DNA from: an uncultured Spirochaetota bacterium
GTDB taxonomy: Bacteria; Spirochaetota; Brevinematia; Brevinematales; JAOACQ01
Assembly (NCBI GenBank): GCA_963835575.1
Contig: CAWIGG010000002.1
Span: forward strand, 544,001-608,000
Reading direction: 5' to 3'
Length of the DNA: 64,000 bases
Positions 29,895 through 40,022 of the stretch are shown piece by piece. The notes under the pieces are model-generated. The model searched no databases and was not told where the DNA came from. It saw only the letters and a list, made by a program, of their open reading frames with translations. The stretch's first letter is position 1; each line of letters starts with the position of its first letter. The position numbers were made by a program, and so were the translations under genes.

Positions 29895-30575
29895 ATGTAT
29901 TTAGGAACAATTGTAAATACCGCTGCTGTAATGGTTGGAAGTCTTATCGGCATTTTATTCCGTAAAAGACTGCCGGCAACTCTCACAGATATTATATTTC
30001 AAGCTTTGGGCCTCTGTACGCTGGCCATCGGTGTGACGATGATACTGAAAGTAAATAATATACTCATAGTGATATTCAGCCTCATTATCGGCGGAATAAT
30101 CGGCGAAGTATTCAAAATGCAGGAAGGGGTTGACAGGCTTGGAGAGTATTTTAAGAATAAGCTTCAGTCAGGCAATAAAAAGTTTTCAGAAGGATTAATC
30201 GGAGCGTTTCTGATTTTCTGCATCGGCTCAATGACAATTATGGGCTCAATTCAGGAAGGGCTTAAAAATGACCACACGCTTCTTTTTACAAAATCCATTC
30301 TGGACGGTTTCACGGCCATAGCGCTCGGAGCGGCTTACGGAAGCGGTGTGTTCTTTTCTTCCATTCTTTTGCTGGCTTATCAGGCGCTGTTGACTTTTCT
30401 GGCAAAATATCTTGGAAATTACTTTTCCGGGTATGTTATAAATCAGCTGATTGCCACGGGAGGATTGCTTGTATTAAGCATCGGGCTCAGTCTGCTTAAT
30501 ATTAAAAAGATAAAAACGACCAATCTCCTTCCCGCCCTTGTCATAGTTGTCATTTTAGCTATATATATAAAATAA
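29895..30575 (+). CDS. DUF554/YdfK-family membrane protein
   Basis: GTIVNT, FCIGSMTIMGSIQEG, KSILDGF, NLLPAL. Confidence 0.85.
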   Translation: MYLGTIVNTAAVMVGSLIGILFRKRLPATLTDIIFQALGLCTLAIGVTMILKVNNILIVIFSLIIGGIIGEVFKMQEGVDRLGEYFKNKLQSGNKKFSEGLIGAFLIFCIGSMTIMGSIQEGLKNDHTLLFTKSILDGFTAIALGAAYGSGVFFSSILLLAYQALLTFLAKYLGNYFSGYVINQLIATGGLLVLSIGLSLLNIKKIKTTNLLPALVIVVILAIYIK

Positions 30576-30591
30576 TAGAGGAGCGGTATAA

Positions 30592-31242
30592 TTGAAAAAA
30601 AGCCGTCTTGAAATAATTGAAATCTATAATCAGATCAAGGATCAGGTCAAGCATAGACTTGACGGGTTTTCCAGGCTGAGAGCATCGGGAACTGAAAAGG
30701 ATATATTTGAGGAGCTTGTTTTCTGCCTGATGACGCCGCAAACGAAAGCCAGACAGGCGGATAAGGCGGTCAGGCTTTTAAAAGAAGAAGTTCTTCTGTT
30801 TGAAGGAACAAAAGAAAAGTTAGCCGGCAAACTCAATATTGTCCGCTTCCGGAATAATAAAGCGCAGTATATCTGTTACGCGAGAACCCTGCTGTGCCCC
30901 GATGGTAAACCCGGCCTCAAGCGATTGCTGGATTCCATCCCGGATAAAGAGGAGAGGAGAGACTGGCTTGTTAAAAATATAAAAGGCTTCGGATATAAAG
31001 AAGCCAGCCATTTTCTCAGGAACACAGGCTATGGTCCTGATTTTGCCATACTTGACAGGCATGTCATCAGGAACCTGGCTGCTCTCGGTGTGCTGAAAAA
31101 AGGGGAAGCGGGCAACAGTACAAATAAAAAATATCTGGAAATTGAGAAAAAAATGATTCGTTTTTCAAAAGATATCGGGGTCCCGATGGATTATCTGGAT
31201 TTTGTTTTTCTTTACAAAGGAATGGGCGATATTTTTAAATGA
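30592..31242 (+). CDS. ogg: 8-oxoguanine DNA glycosylase/AP lyase (Ogg2, archaeal/Thermotoga type)
   Basis: FEELVFCLMT, RFRNNKA, GFGYKEASHFLRN, AILDRHV, C-terminal Lys. Confidence 0.88.
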   Translation: MKKSRLEIIEIYNQIKDQVKHRLDGFSRLRASGTEKDIFEELVFCLMTPQTKARQADKAVRLLKEEVLLFEGTKEKLAGKLNIVRFRNNKAQYICYARTLLCPDGKPGLKRLLDSIPDKEERRDWLVKNIKGFGYKEASHFLRNTGYGPDFAILDRHVIRNLAALGVLKKGEAGNSTNKKYLEIEKKMIRFSKDIGVPMDYLDFVFLYKGMGDIFK

Positions 31243-31249
31243 ACCGGTG

Positions 31250-31834
31250 TTAAAGCTCGTCAAGTAAAGCGCGGCGGTTGGATTGTATAATGGATTCATT
31301 TGTGATCTTTACGGTGCTCTGGCTGAGCTCTGTGTTAACCTGCTGCATCACGGCATAGTCAAAGACTTTTACCGTTGACGGATATTCCAGGCGGAGTTTG
31401 ATTTGATTTCCCGTATGAATATCTGAATTCGTGCCGTTTTCCCAGAGAACGAGTTTAGAGGTCCTTAACAGCGGCGGACCGTATTTATCCTGCAGTTTTT
31501 CTGATAATGATAAAAAATCGAAATAGCCGGGATTGAACTGGAGCGTGATGCCGTATGCCGAATCGTTATAAAACTGAATATAAAGATTGTCAATAAAAGG
31601 ATAGTAATTGGCCTTTATGATAAAAGGAACGGCATCGTTGATCTTTCCGAAAAAACGGGATTCATCAATCTTTAGAAAAGAGTTCTCGGAAAGGACATTT
31701 GTTACATCCGTTTGAGTCATTCCGAGCTTCAAACCTAAAAAAACAAACTCTTTTCTCAGGGAATAGACATTAGTTGTAAAATATAAGAAGATCAGACTGA
31801 TGATTATTAAAGAGAATATATTTTTATTGCGCAT
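31250..31834 (-). CDS. Hypothetical exported protein
   Basis: Signal-like N-terminus, GLKLGM motif; follows the upstream gene in the same direction. Confidence 0.7.
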   Translation of the reverse strand: MRNKNIFSLIIISLIFLYFTTNVYSLRKEFVFLGLKLGMTQTDVTNVLSENSFLKIDESRFFGKINDAVPFIIKANYYPFIDNLYIQFYNDSAYGITLQFNPGYFDFLSLSEKLQDKYGPPLLRTSKLVLWENGTNSDIHTGNQIKLRLEYPSTVKVFDYAVMQQVNTELSQSTVKITNESIIQSNRRALLDEL

Positions 31835-31844
31835 AATTATCGGT

Positions 31845-32330
31845 TTATGAAAACGTTTCAAGATCTTTCTTTAAGACATCTATTTTCTTCATCATCATCT
31901 TGATCTCTTTATTCTCTTTTTCAATCGTTTCGACAATCACTTTTCTCTGTTCCAGATTCGCAAGATTTTTTATTGTTTTATCAAGGTAAGCGATTTTTTC
32001 TTCATTCTCCTGGATCTTTTTTAAAATTGTTAATTTTGATTCCTCAGACAGCCTGTCGCCGGTGGATTTTCTTTCAAGAGAACGCATCGCGACTTTGGCT
32101 ATTTCGCGGACGTAAGACGGCTGTTCTTTATCATCAATGAGATATTTAAAATAAGACACCAGCGCTTTGTCCAGCTGGTCTTCCTGTATAATTCCCTTGC
32201 GGAGCAGTATATTTCCGATAGGTTCCTGATATTTCGATTTTTTTCTGTTATGCGTCTGCTCTTTGATAGTCGCTTCGAGCTGAGTTTCATTAATGATGCC
32301 CATTTTTAACATAACTTCCCCAATTTTCAT
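31845..32330 (-). CDS. Small protein with an N-terminal MshEN-like tandem motif and a coiled coil
   Basis: KIGEVMLKMGIINETQLEATIKEQ and IGNILLRKGIIQEDQLDKAL; GGGGAG RBS. Confidence 0.65.
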   Translation of the reverse strand: MKIGEVMLKMGIINETQLEATIKEQTHNRKKSKYQEPIGNILLRKGIIQEDQLDKALVSYFKYLIDDKEQPSYVREIAKVAMRSLERKSTGDRLSEESKLTILKKIQENEEKIAYLDKTIKNLANLEQRKVIVETIEKENKEIKMMMKKIDVLKKDLETFS

Positions 32331-32750
32331 TATCAACTCCCCCTTACTTTGATATCAAAAACCATAAATTACCTAAAATATGCAAGGTATAAATTATATT
32401 AATGCGGACCCGGGAAAGTATATTTAATTAACATCAGAAACACTACCGGATATATTTTGCATTATTTTTAGATTTTGTCAACACTTTTGTTTAGTATTTT
32501 TAAAATATTATACCCTGAAAGGAGAGTTTTTTTGATATTTATTTATAAAGTATATCATTTCATTCGAAATTATTTTCAATTCTACGGGTCACCGCGGCAA
32601 AATGGTAAGAGACAATTATTAAGCTTTTGATTTAATCTGTTCAGTTATGTTATGAGTAATGATGATTAAAACGGCTTTATTATTGGAAAATATATAAACA
32701 AATAATTATCATTTCAAAAAGAATAAAACATAAATTATTTTTTCAATATC

Positions 32751-32814
32751 TTGACAAACTATTTTCTTAAAGTTATATTTTAACTAACCGTTTAGTTTAA
32801 CTGAACGTTTAGTT
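32751..32814 (+). promoter_or_regulatory. Sigma70 promoter with two tandem palindromic operators
   Basis: TTGACA-N17-TATATT, then AACTAACCGTTTAGTT (32782-32797) and AACTGAACGTTTAGTT (32799-32814). Confidence 0.75.
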
Positions 32815-32846
32815 GATTTTAACTGTATGTTTTGGAGAAGTTAAAG

Positions 32847-35678
32847 ATGTTTGAGAAATTAATTGATAAGCTTTCACAATTGAACATTAAATTCAGTGCC
32901 TGGATAATCATCGGTTCTGTGGTTATAACGGTCCTGTTTTCCATATTCATTAAAAATCTCTATTTTGACAATGATCTGACAAACTGGGTTTCAGAAAACA
33001 GCGAGCTTGGAAGACTGCCGCATTATGTGGCTAAAAAATTCGGCAGCAATACTCCCATCCTGCTTGAATTCAAATTTGACGACTGCTTTACTTATGAAAA
33101 TCTATCTCTAATCAGAGAAGTATCGGATGACCTGGAAAAAATGGAAGGCGTGGATATGGTAATGAGCATCGCCAATATTGATGAGATATCATCTTCGGAG
33201 GGCAGTGTGAAGGTCAGTAAACTGCTCACTTATCCGCTGCCCCGGGAAAAGGGCTTTTATATTAAATTAAAAGAAAAAGTTCTTTCAAAGAAAGAATATA
33301 ATAAAGTAATTATTTCTTCAGACGCTACAACAGCGATGGTGATAGTAAAGCCCAGGACAGATCAGCGTAATGATATTATCGCAGCAAAAGTTAGAAAAAA
33401 TGTTGAAAAAATAATGGAAGGCAAAAAAGGTGTCGTTTATTATGGCGGTCTGCCTTCTTTTATGAATTCTATAACTGAGATTGTTCTTAAAGATTTCATC
33501 CTTTTAATTCCGCTGGTAGTACTTGTTGTAATGGGAGTTCTTTTTTATTCATTCAGGACAGGGCGGGGGATATTACTTCCTCTTCTTTCTGTTGCTTTCG
33601 CGGCACTGATGGCTATGGGCTTGATGGGCCTTTTCCGGATCCCGCTGAATATTATGAGCGTAACCATACCAGTTGTGCTGATAGCCTGCGGGAACGCGTA
33701 CGGCATTCATGTCCTGAACCGTTATTACGAAAAGGCGGCTCTTTTTACCGATAAGAAGGAAATCATCCGGCAGGTTATGCGGGAGATAAGCCTCCCAGTG
33801 ATCCTATCCGGTTTAACGGCCGTGTTCGGGTTTCTGTCGCTCGCGACAGCTCAGATCCGGTTAGTCCGGGATTTCGGCATCTATACCGGAATCGGCGTAT
33901 TTTTTGCCACATTCATATCGCTTATGTTTATCCCTTCCTTCCTTTATAAAAGCAAAATTCAGAAGAGTTTCAGAATGAAGACGGCTGCTCTGAAAACAGT
34001 CAAAATCGGCAGGATGGCGAATATATTCACGAACCTGGTTGTTAAACGTTCATGGCTTATTATTACAGTATTCGGAATTATAACAGTCATAGGCATAATA
34101 TTTTCCACAAAGCTGATTTCTAAAGTGGATTATCTGGCTTACTTTGATAAAAAAAGCGAGCCGCGAGTTGTCGCGGATTTTACCATTGATAAATTCGGCG
34201 GTTATTTTCCATATAATATTTATATCAAAGCGGATATTAAAAATCCCGATGTCCTGAAGCTTCTTCTGATTACAGAGGAAAAAATGAAGTTCTATACGCA
34301 TCTGAAGCCCAATGGTGTTGCGGATATGATTACTTTATTAAACCAGGCCATGTCGGGTATAAAAACTATTCCTGAAACAAAAGCGGAAGTGGAGAACCTC
34401 TGGTTTTTTGTGGAGGGAAAAAGCGAGCTTGACAGTGTCGTGACTAAAGATAAAACGGAAGCGCTGATATCTTGCATGGTTAAAAGCACAGACCCGGCGT
34501 TTATCAACGGCCTGGAAGCCTACCTGGGAAATTATCTGTCCCACTTCAGCAATAAAATACTTTCAATTGAGAATAAACCGGATAATCCTGAGCTCCTAAA
34601 TATAGAAAGAATCTTTATCGGCAACCTTCTTTATGAATGCGGGTTAAAATACAGTACAAATGAACTGGATAATATTGTTTTAAAGATTGCTGAAATAAAT
34701 AAAAACTATGCCCCTTCTATAAATAAAAATAAGCTGTCGCAATATCTGACAGGTGATGAATCGGAAATCGCACTGACCGGACAGGCGGCCGGTAAAATTA
34801 TTTCGGCTATTGCGGGCTTAAAGAAATTTGATCCTGATTCTGTATTGGAAGCCCTTAAAAAAAATATGCCGGAGAACGAAAAATATGATACGGAAGATAT
34901 TGGGGCGCTTTCAAGAAGCCTTCTGGGAATGATAAATGACGAATCCAGGATGCAGAGGATCGGTCTGATGGTGTCCGCTTTAAAAAGAATCTTTCCTCAA
35001 TCTGCCTTTGTCCCTGAAGAAGACTTGAACTATACAGTCGCTCCCTTTGTCTGGAAAACCATTCCATCTTCCTTTATCCAAAACACAGCCGCAGTGAATG
35101 AAACTCCGGTGCAGGAATTAGGGCAGACAGGCTATGCTTATATCGCTGAGCTTCTCCGCCGGGAGATTATAAGAGATCAAGTTATAAGTCTTATTATTAC
35201 GCTTCTGGTTGTTTTTATATTCAACACCCTTGTTTTCCGCTCTGTAAAAGAAGGGCTGATTTCCATGATAGCGATGCCTTTTACTCTTATTCTTAACTAC
35301 GGCTTGATGGCCTTTCTCAAAATACCGCTGGACATTGTGACGGTGACCATCGGTAGCATATCGATCATCGGCATCGATTATACCCTGCATTTCATAGCGC
35401 GATATTCCATCGAAATGAAAAAGAACGGTAAAAATAAAACAGAGGCGATCCGGATGACATTCGCGACGGCCGGCAAGGCCATTATTTTTAACGCCCTGTC
35501 TGTAGGGCTCGGCTTCGCCGTGCTTTGCTTCTCAAGCATCATAGCTCTGAGGAACCTGGGTTTTCTTCTGGCGATGACAATGGTTGTCAGCTGTGTGACA
35601 TCTCTGATACTCCTGCCGGCGCTTATGGCGCTGGGAAATGTGCTTCCTGAAAATGGGAATAATGCAAAACCGGTTTAA
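32847..35678 (+). CDS. MMPL/RND-superfamily transporter
   Basis: Two repeats of TM + large loop + 5 TM; GNAYGIH, LTAVFGFLSL, GIDYTLHF, GKAIIFNALSVGLGF. Confidence 0.88.
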   Translation: MFEKLIDKLSQLNIKFSAWIIIGSVVITVLFSIFIKNLYFDNDLTNWVSENSELGRLPHYVAKKFGSNTPILLEFKFDDCFTYENLSLIREVSDDLEKMEGVDMVMSIANIDEISSSEGSVKVSKLLTYPLPREKGFYIKLKEKVLSKKEYNKVIISSDATTAMVIVKPRTDQRNDIIAAKVRKNVEKIMEGKKGVVYYGGLPSFMNSITEIVLKDFILLIPLVVLVVMGVLFYSFRTGRGILLPLLSVAFAALMAMGLMGLFRIPLNIMSVTIPVVLIACGNAYGIHVLNRYYEKAALFTDKKEIIRQVMREISLPVILSGLTAVFGFLSLATAQIRLVRDFGIYTGIGVFFATFISLMFIPSFLYKSKIQKSFRMKTAALKTVKIGRMANIFTNLVVKRSWLIITVFGIITVIGIIFSTKLISKVDYLAYFDKKSEPRVVADFTIDKFGGYFPYNIYIKADIKNPDVLKLLLITEEKMKFYTHLKPNGVADMITLLNQAMSGIKTIPETKAEVENLWFFVEGKSELDSVVTKDKTEALISCMVKSTDPAFINGLEAYLGNYLSHFSNKILSIENKPDNPELLNIERIFIGNLLYECGLKYSTNELDNIVLKIAEINKNYAPSINKNKLSQYLTGDESEIALTGQAAGKIISAIAGLKKFDPDSVLEALKKNMPENEKYDTEDIGALSRSLLGMINDESRMQRIGLMVSALKRIFPQSAFVPEEDLNYTVAPFVWKTIPSSFIQNTAAVNETPVQELGQTGYAYIAELLRREIIRDQVISLIITLLVVFIFNTLVFRSVKEGLISMIAMPFTLILNYGLMAFLKIPLDIVTVTIGSISIIGIDYTLHFIARYSIEMKKNGKNKTEAIRMTFATAGKAIIFNALSVGLGFAVLCFSSIIALRNLGFLLAMTMVVSCVTSLILLPALMALGNVLPENGNNAKPV

Positions 35679-35726
35679 TTATAAAACGAGTTTTAACAAA
35701 GAGAAACAAAAAAGGAGGAAAAAAGG

Positions 35727-36476
35727 ATGAAAAGATTTTATCTATTTTTAGCCGCGGTTATATTTACCATCGGGATCTCAAAAGTTTATTCCATGACAGG
35801 GGAAGATGTTTTGGCCGGGGTTGAAGCGAAACTGTCAGCGCCTCAGGATATGGAAAGCAGAAGCGATATGGTTCTGGCAAATTCCGACGGCAGCGGCAGG
35901 GAAAAAAGAGTTTTGAAGATGTGGTCCGCGGGTAAAAAGAAAAGGCTTATCAAGTTTATTGAACCGGCCGGTATTGAAGGGATCGGTTTCCTGATGGAAG
36001 GGGATAATGAATTGAATCTTTATCTTCCGGCCATGAATAAGATCAGGAGAATAGAAGGCGGCGCTAAAAATGAGGACTTTCAGGGGACGGATTTTTCATA
36101 TAATGAGATGGCAAGCTATGAATACAAAAAGGATTATTCGGCCGAAATCGCATCGGAAGATTCCAATACCTATGTATTGAATTTAAAAAGGAAGAGCGGA
36201 TCGGATAAAAACTTTGATTCCATTAAGATGGTTGTGAATAAAATGAATTTAGTCCCTGAGAAAATAGAGCTTTATGAAAACGGGACGCTGAAAAAAATAT
36301 TAACCATCTCCGGGATCAAGGAAGAAGGTAAATACACCGTGCCGGTGAAAATAATGATGGAGAATGTTTCTAAAAAACATTTTACGGAAATCACCATGAG
36401 CGACATCAAATTTGACCAGGGACTTGAGGATAAGGATGTTTTCAGTAAAAGGTTTCTCAAGAAAAAAGCAAAATAA
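35727..36476 (+). CDS. Outer membrane lipoprotein-sorting (LolA-like) protein
   Basis: Signal peptide; LYLPA..KIRRI, FQGTDFSYNEM; typical partner of these MMPL genes. Confidence 0.85.
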   Translation: MKRFYLFLAAVIFTIGISKVYSMTGEDVLAGVEAKLSAPQDMESRSDMVLANSDGSGREKRVLKMWSAGKKKRLIKFIEPAGIEGIGFLMEGDNELNLYLPAMNKIRRIEGGAKNEDFQGTDFSYNEMASYEYKKDYSAEIASEDSNTYVLNLKRKSGSDKNFDSIKMVVNKMNLVPEKIELYENGTLKKILTISGIKEEGKYTVPVKIMMENVSKKHFTEITMSDIKFDQGLEDKDVFSKRFLKKKAK

Positions 36477-36498
36477 AATCGGAAATTTAAGATCGGGT

Positions 36499-36672
36499 AA
36501 TCCGCTAATGCACGCGAATATACGCGAAGAACTTCTGGGAATGGAAAACCACGAATATCACGAATTAACACGAATAGATTTGAACAGGAATAAGGAATGT
36601 GAATGTCTCAAAGGTCTTTATTAATATTTCAAGCAAATATATCTTAGCGTGACTTCGCGCGGCTTTGCGGAA
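36499..36672. repeat. Intergenic cluster of 8-10 bp periodic CGCGAA/CACGAA repeats in inverted arrangement
   Basis: CCGCTAATGCACGCGAATATACGCGAA and CCACGAATATCACGAATTAACACGAAT, with inverted TTAGCGTGACTTCGCGCGGCTTTGCGG. Confidence 0.6.
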
Positions 36673-36738
36673 GATCGAAATCTGTTATTGAAAGTGAAAA
36701 GATGCTGATAATATAAAATTATCTATGGAGGGACAATT

Positions 36739-38235
36739 ATGAATAAATATGGATTAATGATTTTTATACTTTTAATGATAACCGGATCATTCCATGCTCT
36801 GGATGTCAGCGGGAATTTCTCAACAGAAACAAGGTTTTCCCTGACGAACGGCGACTACCTGTTCAATCAGGAGAATGGGAGCCTTAAATTTGAACAGCAG
36901 GTTGATGACAACCTTTACGGCATGGCAAAGCTGGCCTTTAAATATTACGATAACCCGCATGGAAATACTACATATAACTCGACTTTAAACGCGGATGAGT
37001 TGAGCTCCCTCTATTCCCTGCAGCCGCTGGAAATATCCCTGGATGAAGCCTATTTTACCTATATGAATTTTATTGTTGAGAAACTGGACCTGACAGCCGG
37101 CAAACAGCGGATCACATGGGGTACGGCCGACAGGCTCAATCCGACCGATATCCTGAATCCCAATGATTATTCAGACCCTTTTGATTTCGGCAAAAAAATC
37201 CCGGTCCCGGCTGTTAATCTTGTTTATCATTTCCCTGCTCTGGAATCCAGCCTTCAATTGGTTTTTGAGCCCTATTCATCTGCGGCCAGGCAGAACTGCA
37301 TGATGATAAACCAGTTAAGAAGCGGGCTGTATGCCGGTATTATTTCTAATATGAATATGGGCGTGACAACTTTTCAGGATGCCTCAGCCGGCTGGCTTTA
37401 TGAGAAAGCGCTGACGCCTGAACCGAATCTTTCCAATTTTGCCGCCGGTGTGAAGCTGGCGGGAGTGATCGGCGGCTTTGATCTTTCGGTTAATTATGTC
37501 ACGCGTATGAACAATATGCCTTATGTGATGGAAGTCAATTTAGATACAAAAACGGAGCTATTGTTGAGTCCCGGACTCGCGACAAATGTCTCAATTGATT
37601 CAAAAGCCTATACTTTAGGGTTTTACAGGGAAAATGAAGTCGGCTTTGATTTTTCAAAAGACACGGGCTTTATGCTTGTGTGGGGGGAGGCGGCTGTCAC
37701 ATTTCCGGGCGAGCAGAAAACCGTTACAAAAATTAATAATACTTTGATTATCGATGCACCGCTTCCTGGCGCCGGCAGCTATTTTATGCCGCAGACAAAT
37801 GAAGCGGTAGTCATTTCAAATGAAGCTTATGTCAAATATACGGTAGGGTGTGATAAGAGTTTTGAGGGCGGCTGGTATATCAATTTTCAATATAACCATG
37901 GTTTTTTTAATGAAAGAGGGAATGCCGGCCCTGAAAGGCTGCAGGATTATTTTCTGATACGGCTGGAGGAAAGATTATTAAGCGATAAACTGAAATTCGC
38001 CCTGACCGGATTTGCCGATATAAATAACCTCGGGGATGCTTTCAAAGCCGATGATTTCGGAGCTTATGTCAGGGATAACAGCGGTATATTAGGCCAGTTT
38101 TCCATCGCGTACAGCCCGGACCCGAGCGTCACGGTAGAGACGGGTGTGTACGGTATTGACGGAACTGATAATACAAGCCTTGGGGAAATGAAAGACTATG
38201 ATATGGTTTATATAAAGTTTGATTATAGTTTTTAA
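36739..38235 (+). CDS. Putative outer-membrane beta-barrel protein (DUF1302-like)
   Basis: Signal peptide, LDEAYF, AGKQRITWGTAD..NPTDILNP, C-terminal YSF. Confidence 0.7.
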   Translation: MNKYGLMIFILLMITGSFHALDVSGNFSTETRFSLTNGDYLFNQENGSLKFEQQVDDNLYGMAKLAFKYYDNPHGNTTYNSTLNADELSSLYSLQPLEISLDEAYFTYMNFIVEKLDLTAGKQRITWGTADRLNPTDILNPNDYSDPFDFGKKIPVPAVNLVYHFPALESSLQLVFEPYSSAARQNCMMINQLRSGLYAGIISNMNMGVTTFQDASAGWLYEKALTPEPNLSNFAAGVKLAGVIGGFDLSVNYVTRMNNMPYVMEVNLDTKTELLLSPGLATNVSIDSKAYTLGFYRENEVGFDFSKDTGFMLVWGEAAVTFPGEQKTVTKINNTLIIDAPLPGAGSYFMPQTNEAVVISNEAYVKYTVGCDKSFEGGWYINFQYNHGFFNERGNAGPERLQDYFLIRLEERLLSDKLKFALTGFADINNLGDAFKADDFGAYVRDNSGILGQFSIAYSPDPSVTVETGVYGIDGTDNTSLGEMKDYDMVYIKFDYSF

Positions 38236-38379
38236 GAAATAATTTATTTTTTTTATAAAGCCTTAAAAAAGCATAATTTTTGATTTATAAACATTGAATT
38301 GTAAAAGTTTTGGCCATTTCACTTAAACCATTAATATTTGACTAAAAAACCGCCTGGAAATACAATAAACAGGGGTTAA

Positions 38380-40011
38380 GTGAATCGAATTTTTCATTAT
38401 TTCACTTCATCTTACAAAGAAGGTTCCGAGATTTTAAAAAAAGCAAAGATATTGTCTGTTATCGCCCTTCTTTTTATCGTCAGCGTGTTTTTAGCCCTTG
38501 CCGCTCAGTTGTTTACAACCAGGGATCCCTTTTATATCATACTCATGATCCTCTGCGTCGGGATATGTGGTTTTTCTCTCTTCAGCATCCGGCACGGCCG
38601 TTTTATAACAGCCAGCAACATTATTATTTGCATTTTGCTCCTCCTTCTGGTTGTTGCCCAGCTTTTTGTCGATTATTACAGTCCGAGCTTTCTTGTCCGT
38701 AATGCCATAGTGGTGCTTTTAATCATCGGTCTTATCGGCGAGAAACGCTATCAGGAAATCTACTCTTTTGCCGTTGTCATTGTTGCCCTCCTGCTTTTAT
38801 ATATCTTTCGAGTTCTTCCTGATAATAACGGCAGGCTTTCGGATAAAATTATATTTGATCTATTCATCAATTTTCTCTTTATAGCAGCCGCATTTGTCCT
38901 GTTATGGATACGTCTCAGCATTACCAGGCAGAGCCTTCAGCAGGCGCAGAAAGAGGCTGAGGAAAATAAAAAACGCTATGAAAGGCTGGAAGAAATTCTC
39001 CTGAAAAGTAAACAGAGAATGGAAATCGGCGGCAGGCTTGTCGATCTGTCCAACTCGATGAATCAGGGTATAAAGGGCCTGAAATTAACACTTGAAAATA
39101 TTCAAAACGGCTTTTCCGTTTTAGATGCCGAGTTTAAATCATATGAGGAAACAAGCAACAAGATGGTCCAGTATTCCATAGGCGTGAAGGAAAGCATCGT
39201 ACGTCAGAACCAGGCCATTGACGAATCCGCGTCCGCCATCAAGGCGATTGAAAAATTTGTCGGCAGCGTGGCGGATGAAGCTCAGGACCAGAAAAAATCG
39301 GTGGATGAGCTGAACAGGCTCTCGAATAAATTACTGCTTGAAATGCGGCAATCGGAAGAAGCGATCCATAAAGTCAGCGATTCTTCGGCCAATATTATGG
39401 ATGTGCTGAAAGTGATTTCCGAAATTGCCGACCAGACAAACCTGCTGGCGATGAATACGGCTATCGAGGCGGCGCATGCGGGGGAATACGGTAAAGGATT
39501 TACAATAGTGGCAGGCGAGATAAGAGCGCTGTCCAACGCGACGACAAAAAACAGCGAGTTCATTACAAAGGGTCTTAAACAGAATATTGATAATATCAGC
39601 AGCGCGACGGAAATGGTCAAGAAAACTTCCGAATACTTTAATGAACTGAACCGCCAGATCGGCATTCTGATCCAGAGTATCGGCGCTGTAACCGGAAGCA
39701 TGGAGAATCTTGCTTCACAGAACCGGCTGATCAAGAATGCCGTGAATCTGCTTCAGGAAAAAACCGGCGGTGTGAATGAATCCATCAGGAATATGGAAAA
39801 ACTTCTTCAAAACAACAGTGAAAGCTTCCGCCGGGTTTCTGATTTTTATAACAGCGTGGAAAAGGATACGGAAATGCAGTTTCAGGAGTTCCTGGGGATA
39901 TTCAGCGGCTTTCTGGGTGAGCTGGGAAAAATAGATGAGATCGGTAAAAATAATATCGCCGATATGGAAACCCTTTATCAGGAATTGAGCGCTTTAAAGG
40001 CCGGTAAATAA
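38380..40011 (+). CDS. Methyl-accepting chemotaxis protein with multi-TM N-terminus
   Basis: ISEIADQTNLLAMNTAIEAAHAGEYGKGFTIVAGEIRAL. Confidence 0.92.
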   Translation: MNRIFHYFTSSYKEGSEILKKAKILSVIALLFIVSVFLALAAQLFTTRDPFYIILMILCVGICGFSLFSIRHGRFITASNIIICILLLLLVVAQLFVDYYSPSFLVRNAIVVLLIIGLIGEKRYQEIYSFAVVIVALLLLYIFRVLPDNNGRLSDKIIFDLFINFLFIAAAFVLLWIRLSITRQSLQQAQKEAEENKKRYERLEEILLKSKQRMEIGGRLVDLSNSMNQGIKGLKLTLENIQNGFSVLDAEFKSYEETSNKMVQYSIGVKESIVRQNQAIDESASAIKAIEKFVGSVADEAQDQKKSVDELNRLSNKLLLEMRQSEEAIHKVSDSSANIMDVLKVISEIADQTNLLAMNTAIEAAHAGEYGKGFTIVAGEIRALSNATTKNSEFITKGLKQNIDNISSATEMVKKTSEYFNELNRQIGILIQSIGAVTGSMENLASQNRLIKNAVNLLQEKTGGVNESIRNMEKLLQNNSESFRRVSDFYNSVEKDTEMQFQEFLGIFSGFLGELGKIDEIGKNNIADMETLYQELSALKAGK

Positions 40012-40022
40012 AGTATGATAGC

